Assembly (NCBI RefSeq): GCF_048403405.1
Contig: NZ_CP183129.1
Direction: 5' to 3' (one strand)
DNA length: 64,000 bases
Origin: Escherichia coli
GTDB lineage: Bacteria; Pseudomonadota; Gammaproteobacteria; Enterobacterales; Enterobacteriaceae
In this document: piece after piece, positions 34,542 to 43,036 of the stretch
How the letters are laid out: each line of letters starts with the position of its first letter
Numbering within the stretch: position 1 is the first letter of the stretch
Made by a program: the position numbers and the translations under genes
The notes under the pieces: generated by a model
What the model was told of the DNA's origin: nothing
The model's database searches: none
What the model saw: the letters and a program-made list of their open reading frames with translations, nothing else

Positions 34542-36456
34542 TCACTCCTCCGGACAGCTTCGCTGCCAGTTCTTTAAGGGTTGGCCGGGTCGTCTCTTCT
34601 TCCCGGGATTTTGCCAGTACAGCCAGATCAAGCTGCCAGCGTTGCACGGACACACGTAATGCCGCGTAGGCATACACCAGGCAGTCCAGCGCTTCGTTAC
34701 GCCGCTTTTTGTTATCCCACAGCAGACGCATCTTTCCTTTTTCCCACTTCTCCACAAGCTCTTCCGCGACCAGTTGCTGCGCCTCTGTCTGCGAAAAAAT
34801 CTCCGGATCATCAGGAAAACGGATGGCATACGACGTGGCTTCATCCGCAGGCGTGGGCTCGGCTTTCATACGGGCATAGAGAATTTCTTTTGCGGTGTCC
34901 GTCCCCACTTCACACAGATAAACGCCCCGCTGATTGCGGGTTTTCGGCATGGTGATCACCGGCTTGCCATAGACAGACGCGCCTTTTACCGGCAGCACAC
35001 GGAAAACACCGTGTTTTTTTGACCTCTGGTAGACGATTTCACCATCGATCCCCCCGGTGTCCCAGCAGACACGGGAAATGGTCATTTCGGTGCCATCCGC
35101 ATGGCGGTATTTTTTGTTGATCGCCGCATCCACACGTAACAGCGTCTCTTCCTCATCAGGACGCCCCATAATGATGATTTTATCCACCAGAAAAGCTTCC
35201 TCTCCCGGTGCCCATCCCCAGACATACATCTCAAAACGGTTTCGCTGCGAGTCAATGCCCGCCGTCAGATAAACCACCCGGGCAGGCACCGCCGCCGTGT
35301 AACGCACAACCTTATCCATCAGCACCTGGTGATCGAGTTTTTCGCCCACGGCCTCTTCCCAGGTCTCGCCCAGCGTGGTGTTCACAAAGGTTTTCAGGCC
35401 GTTGGGATCTTTCAGTGCATCCAGCCAGTCATAGACTATCTGTACCCAGGTGGTGAACGGACTGTACGCTGTCCAGATATGGAACGTGATGGAGCGCGGC
35501 GGCGGAATTTCATTATCCGCGGCGCTGAAAAACGTCAGACCGTCACGGGTCCACATCCCCGTGTTTTCACAGATCCACCGCCCGTTGCTCTGGTCAAGCT
35601 CAGACTGATGGATCACGCAGCCATGATGTTCACAGAGGTAGAAAACGCTTTCGGGGCTGTCCTTCTCCCATTTAAGGCCAAAAGGCGTGGATTCATCGCC
35701 AAATTTCAGATACTGCTCCTCCCCACAGTGTGGGCAGGGCACATAAAAACGCATGAAATGCGCCGACTCGTTGGCCGCTTTTTCGATCTGGCAGGTGCCT
35801 TTGATTTTAGGCGTCGAGCCGCGAATGGATTTGGGCCATACAGAGCCCTCAATACGTTTATCCCCAAGCAGGGTTGGCGAACCCTCTTTTTCGACATCCG
35901 GTTCGAACGAGGAAAGTTCGTCATAGCAGACCACGTCCACGGATTTTTCACGGTAGTTTTTGGCGGCAGCGCCGCCCAGGCACCAGAAACCCACACCCGA
36001 TGAAAAGCGTTTCAGCGTGAGGGTATTGTCACGATGTTTACGCCCCAGCCATGGAAAAAGGTCTTTCAGACATGGCACATCCCGAATCGTCGCCTCCACG
36101 TGAGACTTCATAAAATCTTCAGCGGCAGAATCCGTGGGCTGAAAAAGCAGACTGTTTCGGGATTTATGCTCAATAAAATACCCGACCACCCCCAGCAACA
36201 TCTTTGTATAGCCAACACGGGCAGATTTAATCAGATTAACAGTCCGGATCTGATCATTCCCCATGCTGTTCATGATGGCGATCTGGAACGGCAGCGTTTT
36301 CCATTCTCCCTCACCATATGAAGATTCTTTAGGCAGATAATAATTTTGATCAGCCCATTCAACTGGCGTCACCGGCAATGCCCTTATCAGGGGCTGTAAT
36401 GCTGTTGTGACAGCACTCATCATATTATTCAGTTGTTGCTCTGATATATTCATCGA
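34525..36456 (-). CDS. A: terminase large subunit A
   Basis: Start set at MNISEQQLNN... ; collinear with lambda gpA (EWADxNYYLPKES, Walker-type ATPase, C-terminal nuclease). Confidence 0.95.
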   Translation of the reverse strand, partial: SMNISEQQLNNMMSAVTTALQPLIRALPVTPVEWADQNYYLPKESSYGEGEWKTLPFQIAIMNSMGNDQIRTVNLIKSARVGYTKMLLGVVGYFIEHKSRNSLLFQPTDSAAEDFMKSHVEATIRDVPCLKDLFPWLGRKHRDNTLTLKRFSSGVGFWCLGGAAAKNYREKSVDVVCYDELSSFEPDVEKEGSPTLLGDKRIEGSVWPKSIRGSTPKIKGTCQIEKAANESAHFMRFYVPCPHCGEEQYLKFGDESTPFGLKWEKDSPESVFYLCEHHGCVIHQSELDQSNGRWICENTGMWTRDGLTFFSAADNEIPPPRSITFHIWTAYSPFTTWVQIVYDWLDALKDPNGLKTFVNTTLGETWEEAVGEKLDHQVLMDKVVRYTAAVPARVVYLTAGIDSQRNRFEMYVWGWAPGEEAFLVDKIIIMGRPDEEETLLRVDAAINKKYRHADGTEMTISRVCWDTGGIDGEIVYQRSKKHGVFRVLPVKGASVYGKPVITMPKTRNQRGVYLCEVGTDTAKEILYARMKAEPTPADEATSYAIRFPDDPEIFSQTEAQQLVAEELVEKWEKGKMRLLWDNKKRRNEALDCLVYAYAALRVSVQRWQLDLAVLAKSREEETTRPTLKELAAKLSGGVNGYSR

Positions 36457-36934
36457 GTAAATCCGGTAATTTATCCCCCGCCCGCGCACACTGATTTGCC
36501 CCCTTCGCAATAAGGGTTTTCAGATGGTCAAGATGGCGCGGTGTTAAATCAGGAAACTGTCGCTGCATGGATAAAGGGATGGAATCAAGCGTACTGGATA
36601 ACGCCATTGCCAGCTTGCTGAGGGCAAAAATACAGAACCCGGTATCAATAAGTTTTCCTTTTGACACCTCATTTTTTAACTGCTGTGTAACAGCCTGTTC
36701 TGCTGTCAGTTCCCATCTGGCAATAAGCAATTTCTCCTCATAGTCGTCTTCGCTATCGCCATCAGGCACATCGTTTTTACTTCTTCTCAGATACGATATG
36801 TAAAAATCGCGCCAGGCATCCAGATCCAGTTGCCCTCGCTTATTCGATATCGGGGCACCCGGCAATTTCTGCAATCTGCGAAGCTGGCGATCGGTCAGAC
36901 TTAAATGCCTGGCAACTTCAGTCTGCGTAGCCAC
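36425..36934 (-). CDS. Nu1: terminase small subunit Nu1
   Basis: 169-aa ORF adjacent to cos; C-terminal half similar to lambda Nu1. Confidence 0.85.
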   Translation of the reverse strand: MATQTEVARHLSLTDRQLRRLQKLPGAPISNKRGQLDLDAWRDFYISYLRRSKNDVPDGDSEDDYEEKLLIARWELTAEQAVTQQLKNEVSKGKLIDTGFCIFALSKLAMALSSTLDSIPLSMQRQFPDLTPRHLDHLKTLIAKGANQCARAGDKLPDLLDEYIRATTE

Positions 36935-37117
36935 TCCTCACCTCGCAAAAACTCTCACTTCACAATCACAACAAAACCGGTCATGTCCGGCTTACATGTC
37001 TATTTTTTGTGCATGTCCGGTTCACAGAAGACCTCTTTTTTTATTTTTCATATAGTTAACTTGAAGAGAAACCGGACATGGTTCCCGGAAAATTTTCATA
37101 AATAGCGAAAACCCGCG

Positions 37118-37129
37118 AGGTCGCCGCCC
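37118..37129. other. cos site (cosN 12-nt cohesive end, GGGCGGCGACCT on minus strand)
   Basis: Minus strand of 37081-37160 reads ...CGGGTCCTTTCCG..GATCC.ACAGGTTACGGGGCGGCGACCTCGCGGGTTTTCGCTATTTATGAAAATTTTCCGG, matching the recalled lambda genome ends. Confidence 0.85.
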
Positions 37130-37277
37130 CGTAACCTGTTGGATCGACGGAAAGGACCCGAAAACGAGAATAATTATCACTTACAGCAAGAATCGAATCT
37201 GATCTATTATGGTGCTTGCTATTATGTGCCGGCACAAGTGCGTCGTTTACCGTCATTTCACACAGAGGCATCATCAA

Positions 37278-37529
37278 ATGAAAATCAGAAATATTCTCGC
37301 TATCTCCCTTGCAACATCATCCTTCAGTTGCCTGGCATTTAAATCCTCGCCCAATGTGCTACCAGGACCAACGAATCAACTAACTGCGGTAGAAAGTAAA
37401 ATTATCGGACATTTTTATGCCCCACACAGTGCATTACCCGGAACAACCATCACAGGGACATGTGACGCCTCCCCCGTCCCGGGATGCACCTGTCCGTTTT
37501 GTACTATGCTGCGTAGCCAAAACCGATAA
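37278..37529 (+). CDS. hypothetical secreted Cys-rich small protein (83 aa, signal peptide)
   Basis: N-terminal MKIRNILAISLATSSFSCLA; C-terminal CDASPVPGCTCPFC cluster; GAGG RBS; candidate promoter TTACAG-N18-TATTAT upstream. Confidence 0.35.
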   Translation: MKIRNILAISLATSSFSCLAFKSSPNVLPGPTNQLTAVESKIIGHFYAPHSALPGTTITGTCDASPVPGCTCPFCTMLRSQNR

Positions 37530-37590
37530 CATCCGCATTTACCTGGTATTACATGATGAGTTCACGCAGCGACTGATAGAGGAAGGAAAG

Positions 37591-37770
37591 ATGGTTAGTA
37601 AAAGCAAGGCGCATTGCCGCCGCATGCTGCAGGCATTGCAACAGACGAGAGCAGGTATTTTTGACCAGTTGGAAAACTGCCAGCATACTTTGCCCGAGTA
37701 TATCGCCATCTCATCGGAAACCAGTGCAACTCTTATTCATCGGGTTCCACCAGAGAAAAAGAAGAAATGA
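37591..37770 (+). CDS. hypothetical 59-aa protein
   Basis: ORF with strong RBS (AGAGGAAGGAAAG) following the secreted peptide gene; hairpin immediately downstream. Confidence 0.3.
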   Translation: MVSKSKAHCRRMLQALQQTRAGIFDQLENCQHTLPEYIAISSETSATLIHRVPPEKKKK

Positions 37771-37892
37771 ACAGTGAGGCGTTGTGTGGCATACAACGCC
37801 TTCTTCCATCATTCCTCGTCAGCCATGACAAAAATATAACCGCTGGCTCTTTCATTTTTCTCCTGCGTCCAGCCCCTCTCTACCTGGAAGCA

Positions 37893-38219
37893 TCAAGGAC
37901 GTGACGGCGTAAAGATAAATTGTCTCTTCACTCCCTGACAGGGGCGATTCTTTTCAAATCGCCATTTCGCCATGGCCTTCACCACTTCATCACGAAACAA
38001 ATTATGAGGCTCTGAGCGGAGAAAAACGATCCGTGTCACAGTCCCATCAGCACCAATATCGAACTTAACCTCAACCAGCCCCTTGATATAATTTGCTGCA
38101 GCATATTCCGGATATCGTGGATACACCGTCACTAATTGCCGGGGCTCATCAGCTTTTTGCTGCGAGCATCCCACTGCCAGGACAGATAACAGAAAAAGTA
38201 GTAAAAGGCGTCTTTTCAT
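37893..38219 (-). CDS. lipoprotein with TonB C-terminal-like domain (108 aa)
   Basis: Signal peptide + lipobox (LLLLFLLSVLAVGC, Ser at +2); body aligns to TonB C-terminal domain (YPxxA...G.V.VKFDxxxDGxV...P...F..EV..AM..WRxE). Confidence 0.6.
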   Translation of the reverse strand: MKRRLLLLFLLSVLAVGCSQQKADEPRQLVTVYPRYPEYAAANYIKGLVEVKFDIGADGTVTRIVFLRSEPHNLFRDEVVKAMAKWRFEKNRPCQGVKRQFIFTPSRP

Positions 38220-38529
38220 TTTTATTCCTACGGGTCTTATTCTGACAATATATCCTGTGTTCCAGACTGCCACATCACCACATCCTGTGCCATTATCTGA
38301 CTCACATTACATACATCGCATCGGGATACAGTAGTAGCACTTTCTGTAATACAGCTTCCTGTTTCTTCCACCATCGCACCGGGATAAACCCGCGAATCAT
38401 TAACGCGGTAAAAACCCGGTGTGCATCGTTTTTAATTATCCCCGCACACTCGCGCAGAGGAGTCTCCCTGTCGGGCTGCGGTCTCTGTTAATGAGGGAAT
38501 ATAGCGACGATACGGCGCATCAACAAAAC

Positions 38530-39003
38530 TTATTTCAGGCACTGAGTGCGGATATAGTCCTGTGCCCCTTCCAGTTGCTTGTGCATCGTCATCAGCCGCT
38601 CTCTGAGGGTGAAATAATCCCGTGTAACGGTGTCTGCCAGTTGGGGGCCGGTTGCATTATCCACGCCGGAGGTGGTGGGGGCTTCACGCACGGAGCCTGG
38701 ACAGGTGGCGTTGATCCGCAGGCGCTTACGACCAGCGGCAACGTCAGCGCGAAGAGTTTCATTTTCAGCTCTCGCATCGGCTAATTCCCTCGAGTATTTT
38801 GCATCGAGCGCAGCAACATCGCGCTGGCGCACCTGCATATCAGTAATGGTTGCGTTCGCCAGCTTCAGTTCACTGGCTTTGTTATCGCGCTGCGCTTTGT
38901 AGGTAATCGCGTTATCACGGTAATGGTCTGTTGCCATCCACAGCGCACCACAGGCCACCAGCAGAATAACGATAAACGCGGAAAGCATTCGGTTTATGTT
39001 CAC
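38530..39003 (-). CDS. Rz: i-spanin Rz
   Basis: 157-aa ORF similar to lambda Rz ([15 protein letters not shown] ... [10 protein letters not shown] ... [17 protein letters not shown]). Confidence 0.9.
   Translation of the reverse strand: MNINRMLSAFIVILLVACGALWMATDHYRDNAITYKAQRDNKASELKLANATITDMQVRQRDVAALDAKYSRELADARAENETLRADVAAGRKRLRINATCPGSVREAPTTSGVDNATGPQLADTVTRDYFTLRERLMTMHKQLEGAQDYIRTQCLK
38592..38777 (-). CDS. Rz1: o-spanin Rz1 (embedded in +1 frame of Rz)
   Basis: 61-aa ORF with lipobox and proline-rich core [14 protein letters not shown], as in lambda Rz1. Confidence 0.8.
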   Translation of the reverse strand: MRELKMKLFALTLPLVVSACGSTPPVQAPCVKPPPPPAWIMQPAPNWQTPLHGIISPSESG

Positions 39004-39131
39004 CCCAGCAACCCCGACGAAGACAACATCATCCAGGCCATGGAAAGAAAAAGAGCAACCAGCATTAGTGAAAATGAAATGCCGACAATTACACAGAGGA
39101 TCTTCGCCAGCGTTATGAGTTTGTCTGACAT
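39000..39131 (-). CDS. hypothetical small membrane protein (43 aa)
   Basis: Strong RBS (GGGAGG) before ATG; single hydrophobic TM segment; sits between R and Rz. Confidence 0.35.
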   Translation of the reverse strand: MSDKLITLAKILCVIVGISFSLMLVALFLSMAWMMLSSSGLLG

Positions 39132-39145
39132 GCTTAATCCTCCCT

Positions 39146-39292
39146 TCACGATTTCAACGCAATGACCAGTTTTGCCAGCCCATACAGCATCGGGGACACA
39201 GCAACACCGACCGCCACCCACTTAATGGCAAAAGCCAGTGCTCTGCTGATGTCATCAGTTACAGGCGCTTTCAGTTCAAGGCCATTTTTCAT
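39146..39292 (-). CDS. hypothetical small membrane protein (48 aa)
   Basis: Short ORF with one hydrophobic segment between R and Rz; start uncertain. Confidence 0.3.
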   Translation of the reverse strand: MKNGLELKAPVTDDISRALAFAIKWVAVGVAVSPMLYGLAKLVIALKS

Positions 39293-39484
39293 AGTCAACC
39301 TCAACAGAATTCGTTTACACTTCGCCATGTTCTCCCTTGCCTTACTCAAGGTCAGAAACACAAAACCTCGCTTGGTGCCAACAAACGGGGTTTTTACTTT
39401 TATTCACTTACGTTTCGCCAGTTCGCAGGATTTCGTGTTATCCGCCCGCGTGGCCATTCCTCATTTTTCAGCAAAATATTCTGC

Positions 39485-40018
39485 TTATCTGTCGATACCC
39501 CAGCACGCCAGCGCGCTCTCCTGGTCACGACGGGATACCTGACCGTAACAGTTGTTTGAACGAATACGGCAGTCTCTGCCACCGTCCTTAATCCACCAGC
39601 GAATCGCTTCGCAGGCACCTTTTCGATCACCAGCATTAATTCGTCTGTAAAACGTCGACGGGAAACACTTACCGGGATCAATGTTGTACGGACAGAATGA
39701 CGCGATCCCCGCTTTCTGGGGTTCGGTCAGCGGCACTCTGATGTTTTTCTCCACCCACGCCAGCGCTTTATCACGCTCAATGGCGTTAACCTGGTCGCAT
39801 TTTTCCTTCGACAACTTCATGCCCGGAACGACAGGTTTGCCATCCACCATGATGGCACCACGGCAGATGGTCCAGATACCTGCACCATCACGGTATGCCG
39901 TGGTGTGGTTGCCTTCCTTTTCATCCAGAAACTGGTCGAGAATGTCAGGCGCAGGCGCACCAGCGGCAATCAGCGCCAGAACGGCAGCCGACAGGCCGTA
40001 TTTGATTTTGGTGTTCAT
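39485..40018 (-). CDS. R: SAR-endolysin (GH24 lysozyme R)
   Basis: 177-aa ORF; N-terminal Gly/Ala-rich weakly hydrophobic SAR segment then T4-lysozyme-like E...D...T catalytic pattern (EKEGNHTTAYRDGAGIWTICRG). Confidence 0.85.
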   Translation of the reverse strand: MNTKIKYGLSAAVLALIAAGAPAPDILDQFLDEKEGNHTTAYRDGAGIWTICRGAIMVDGKPVVPGMKLSKEKCDQVNAIERDKALAWVEKNIRVPLTEPQKAGIASFCPYNIDPGKCFPSTFYRRINAGDRKGACEAIRWWIKDGGRDCRIRSNNCYGQVSRRDQESALACWGIDR

Positions 40019-40054
40019 GGATATATTAAATATTCAGCCGCTGTCCCTGGCCCA

Positions 40055-40945
40055 CTAAATACGCACTTTAAGATAAGTCAGCCCCGGATGAAGCCAGTAA
40101 GCCGGCACTTTTTTAAAGGGTGGAGTATTAAAATCACGAAGAAGAGCCTCCCGCACAATTGCATCCTTATCAGCACCACTGGCCAGCGCTTCAATCTCAG
40201 CGGCTACCTGAAGATATCCCATGCAACGGCCAACGCGCTTCATCAGCCCCTGCTTTTTATTGTTCTTCAGGTAATCAATGGCAAATTCAATGAGCTCCTC
40301 ACTGTGCTGGTGCGATGGAGGTGTTACTTTCCCATTTTCTGAGATGGTTATTTTCCCAGCATCACCGGATACAACAAAGGATGGCCGGTTACACTCCCAT
40401 TCCGGGTCACTGAAATTATCATTATGAATACTGAAACACTCTGCGAGATTTCTGCTCATCACTTTCCGACAATAATCGTCAAACGCAGCAAACTGCTTTT
40501 CATCGCCAGAAGGCACCAATATCGACCATTTCTTATTCAGCTCAACGACGTAGCTCTCCAGTTTTTCAATACGTGATTCAACATCATCTTTTTCTGACCG
40601 CAGTGTTGACGGCGGCATCTTCAGAGAACAAGTAATTCTTCCCGGTAGCTTTCCTTTGTAGGTTATCAACATATCCTGCGCCTCTAAAATTACGGGGCGC
40701 TTTTCCGGCAACGGTTCGTTCCATTCACATAACCCGGCAGCAACATCCATGAAAAACTGCTTCGCCTGCTTTTTCGCCTCAGCTTCGTAAAACTCCAGCG
40801 TGGCACCTTCAGTACGGTCAAGACTAATCGCCACATCTGGCAACAACAGCGACGCTTGCCCGTCACCTTCCGACTTCACAGTAACAGTAACCTTATCCCC
40901 GTAATTATTTATCCCCTTAACAACCAGTTCATATTTTTTATTCAT
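40055..40945 (-). CDS. hypothetical protein (296 aa) between holin and endolysin
   Basis: Start abuts holin stop with GGGGAGAG RBS; no family recognised by inspection. Confidence 0.55.
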   Translation of the reverse strand: MNKKYELVVKGINNYGDKVTVTVKSEGDGQASLLLPDVAISLDRTEGATLEFYEAEAKKQAKQFFMDVAAGLCEWNEPLPEKRPVILEAQDMLITYKGKLPGRITCSLKMPPSTLRSEKDDVESRIEKLESYVVELNKKWSILVPSGDEKQFAAFDDYCRKVMSRNLAECFSIHNDNFSDPEWECNRPSFVVSGDAGKITISENGKVTPPSHQHSEELIEFAIDYLKNNKKQGLMKRVGRCMGYLQVAAEIEALASGADKDAIVREALLRDFNTPPFKKVPAYWLHPGLTYLKVRI

Positions 40946-40949
40946 CACT

Positions 40950-41165
40950 TTACTCTCCCCGCGCCGCCTTACGCCGGTCCTCTTTGATTTTGAAATACAG
41001 GTTAGTCAGATATGTCAGCAGCCCAAACAGCAGACTCCCCAGCACGCCTATTGCCGCCCACTGAGACGGGGAAACCCTGTCCAGCAACTGCAGGAACCAG
41101 TAGCCCGTTCCCACCGCTGACGTGGTGTATGACACACCTGTTGTGATTTTTTCCATCTGGTACAT
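40950..41165 (-). CDS. S: pinholin (S21-type holin, dual-start MYQM)
   Basis: 71-aa ORF nearly collinear with phage 21 S ([45 protein letters not shown]); two in-frame starts. Confidence 0.85.
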   Translation of the reverse strand: MYQMEKITTGVSYTTSAVGTGYWFLQLLDRVSPSQWAAIGVLGSLLFGLLTYLTNLYFKIKEDRRKAARGE

Positions 41166-41472
41166 ACCCCGTCTCCCGTTATCCGGAAGCTGACAACAAT
41201 AAAAAAGCCACCAGTTAAGTACTGATGGCTCTGATAACTCATGCAGGCGTCTCAGACGCCCCACTGACACTACCGGTGAGTTTAACGATACCTTCCATTT
41301 GACTGGCTCACTTTTTATGATGATGCCGGTGCATTTATCTCCAGCACCAGACTTTCTATCTCAACGCCATACGTTGCATTTTTGGTAATATCCGTCAGCG
41401 TCAGTGCATTTAGTCCCACTGCCAGACCGTCTTTTATGGCCTGGAATGCCGGGCCAGTACGATGACGTAGTA

Positions 41473-41661
41473 TCACTCCGGCTCAGTTGCACCACTGACC
41501 ACCACATCACCTTCTGCTGCAATCGCCTGCATCAGGGTATAAGGGGTTATGGCCACCGGACTACCAAACGGCTGCCAGCCCTCTTTCAGTTTATGTGTCA
41601 GCTTTTCCGCAAGATCTGACGGCGACGCCGCCCTGACAACATCATAGTGTTTAAATGCCAT
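41473..41661 (-). CDS. small conserved prophage protein (DUF1737-like, assignment unverified)
   Basis: 62-67-aa ORF upstream of holin, a position commonly occupied by a small conserved ORF in lambdoid lysis cassettes. Confidence 0.45.
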   Translation of the reverse strand: MAFKHYDVVRAASPSDLAEKLTHKLKEGWQPFGSPVAITPYTLMQAIAAEGDVVVSGATEPE

Positions 41662-41921
41662 GGTTCTTTCCACCATCTGAAAAATGATTCTTTAAAATAC
41701 CTGACATGTAATACAGAAAAAACACAAAACCATACCTTAAATAAAAACCTCATCATCAAGCAGATATGCATGGATAAACTACAAGACGAGATATAAACCA
41801 CCCTGCATTTAAATAAACAATAAACAACATCAGAAAAATAATTCTGCTCTATGGTTTACAATCAAAAATATCATTTATACTTTTCAGAACATCACCAGCA
41901 AGGCATAAACAAGGAAACTAA

Positions 41922-42257
41922 ATGAAGTGGATTGTGATTGATACAGTTATCCAGCCATCATGCGGAATATCTTTTTCAGTCATATGGAGTAAAATAAAAT
42001 TAATAATCTGGTATCAATCGGATGCTTTCTTACCTCCTGAAAGTATATTTACACTGACTCACACAGGTATCATGCTCAATAACAAAGTGCTACCTGTAAC
42101 CATTTACAACGTAGTACCATTCAATAAAACATTCTGGAATTTAATCAAAAACAGCCAGGAATGCCCTACAAATACAGATAACGTATTGAATGAATGCTTT
42201 AATAACCGTTGCACTCTGCAAATATGTCCTTATGGGCTAAAACAACAAAGTCCATAA
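41922..42257 (+). CDS. hypothetical Cys-containing protein (111 aa) in AT-rich island, opposite strand to late operon
   Basis: AAGGAA RBS 6 nt before ATG; very AT-rich upstream region; no recognisable family. Confidence 0.4.
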   Translation: MKWIVIDTVIQPSCGISFSVIWSKIKLIIWYQSDAFLPPESIFTLTHTGIMLNNKVLPVTIYNVVPFNKTFWNLIKNSQECPTNTDNVLNECFNNRCTLQICPYGLKQQSP

Positions 42258-42270
42258 GGAGTTTACTCAC

Positions 42271-42313
42271 ATCTGACAAAATCAATATAAACAGCCCCTC
42301 CGGAGAGGGGCTG
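42271..42313 (-). terminator. intrinsic terminator (minus strand) upstream of lysis cassette
   Basis: Hairpin CAGCCCCTC-CGGA-GAGGGGCTG followed on minus strand by TTTATATTGATTTT. Confidence 0.5.
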
Positions 42314-42610
42314 GAGAGTGGCGCTATGTGCCATTGCATGGTGCCGGGTGCCTCCCGGTGAATTCAGTACCAGCACCTGAATCCGCGATTATCCCATATA
42401 CCTACTCGCTGATTGCCCCTCCGCACAGGGGGATTCACCATGCCAGTTTCTTTTAACAAACTCCCCGCAAACCAGACAACAGTCAACCGCCTGAATTGTG
42501 AAGTATTTAAAAATTTCTCCCGCTAACTGATACCCGGCTAACAGTCTGGCGTTTTCTTTTTCAGCAACGGGAAAGCAACAACCACCACACCCACCAGCCG
42601 CCCATTTACC

Positions 42611-42639
42611 ACAAATAAAAAAGCCTTCAGGACTGAAGG
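42611..42639 (-). terminator. intrinsic terminator (minus strand) about 400 nt downstream of Q; tR'-like candidate
   Basis: Hairpin CCTTCAG..CTGAAGG followed by CTTTTTTATTTGT on minus strand. Confidence 0.5.
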
Positions 42640-42947
42640 TGTCTGTAACAACCAAACTGATAGTCTGCCAGACCCGCCATAACAAGCTGGGTCAGTATTA
42701 ACTGGCAGCGTTCGCGTGAAAGGTAAGTATTCTGTGCAATCTCCCTGACTGTCGCCGGGTCGGTAACGCTTAATTCATTAAACACCACTCTGGCGGCTTC
42801 TGTCATATCCTGCTGTTTTAGCATGTCTTTTTCCCTTTTCCGGTTAACGTGACATACCAATAACTCTTGTCGAAAAAGCCGGCAAGCTGAAAGACCCGTA
42901 TTCGCAACCACCAGCGCGTTTACTGTACTGACGCGATTTTCGGACAT
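42627..42947 (-). CDS. hypothetical protein between Q and late terminator
   Basis: ORF only; terminator overlaps its 3' end; coding status uncertain. Confidence 0.3.
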   Translation of the reverse strand: MSENRVSTVNALVVANTGLSACRLFRQELLVCHVNRKREKDMLKQQDMTEAARVVFNELSVTDPATVREIAQNTYLSRERCQLILTQLVMAGLADYQFGCYRHLQS

Positions 42948-43036
42948 AAAAAAAACCACCTGGCGGTGGTTTTTTCTTACTTTGCCATCACGTACAAAAT
43001 CGGCAAAATATCAGATTTATACGAAACATACGCGAT

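Noticed and set aside
41690-42260. Possibility of Shiga toxin (stx) genes between Q and the lysis cassette
   Set aside because: The only ORF there is a 111-aa protein unlike StxA or StxB; no A/B subunit pair present
42313-42627. tRNA genes downstream of Q (common in Stx phages)
   Set aside because: No T-loop GTTCGAATC-type motif or cloverleaf-compatible sequence seen; none called
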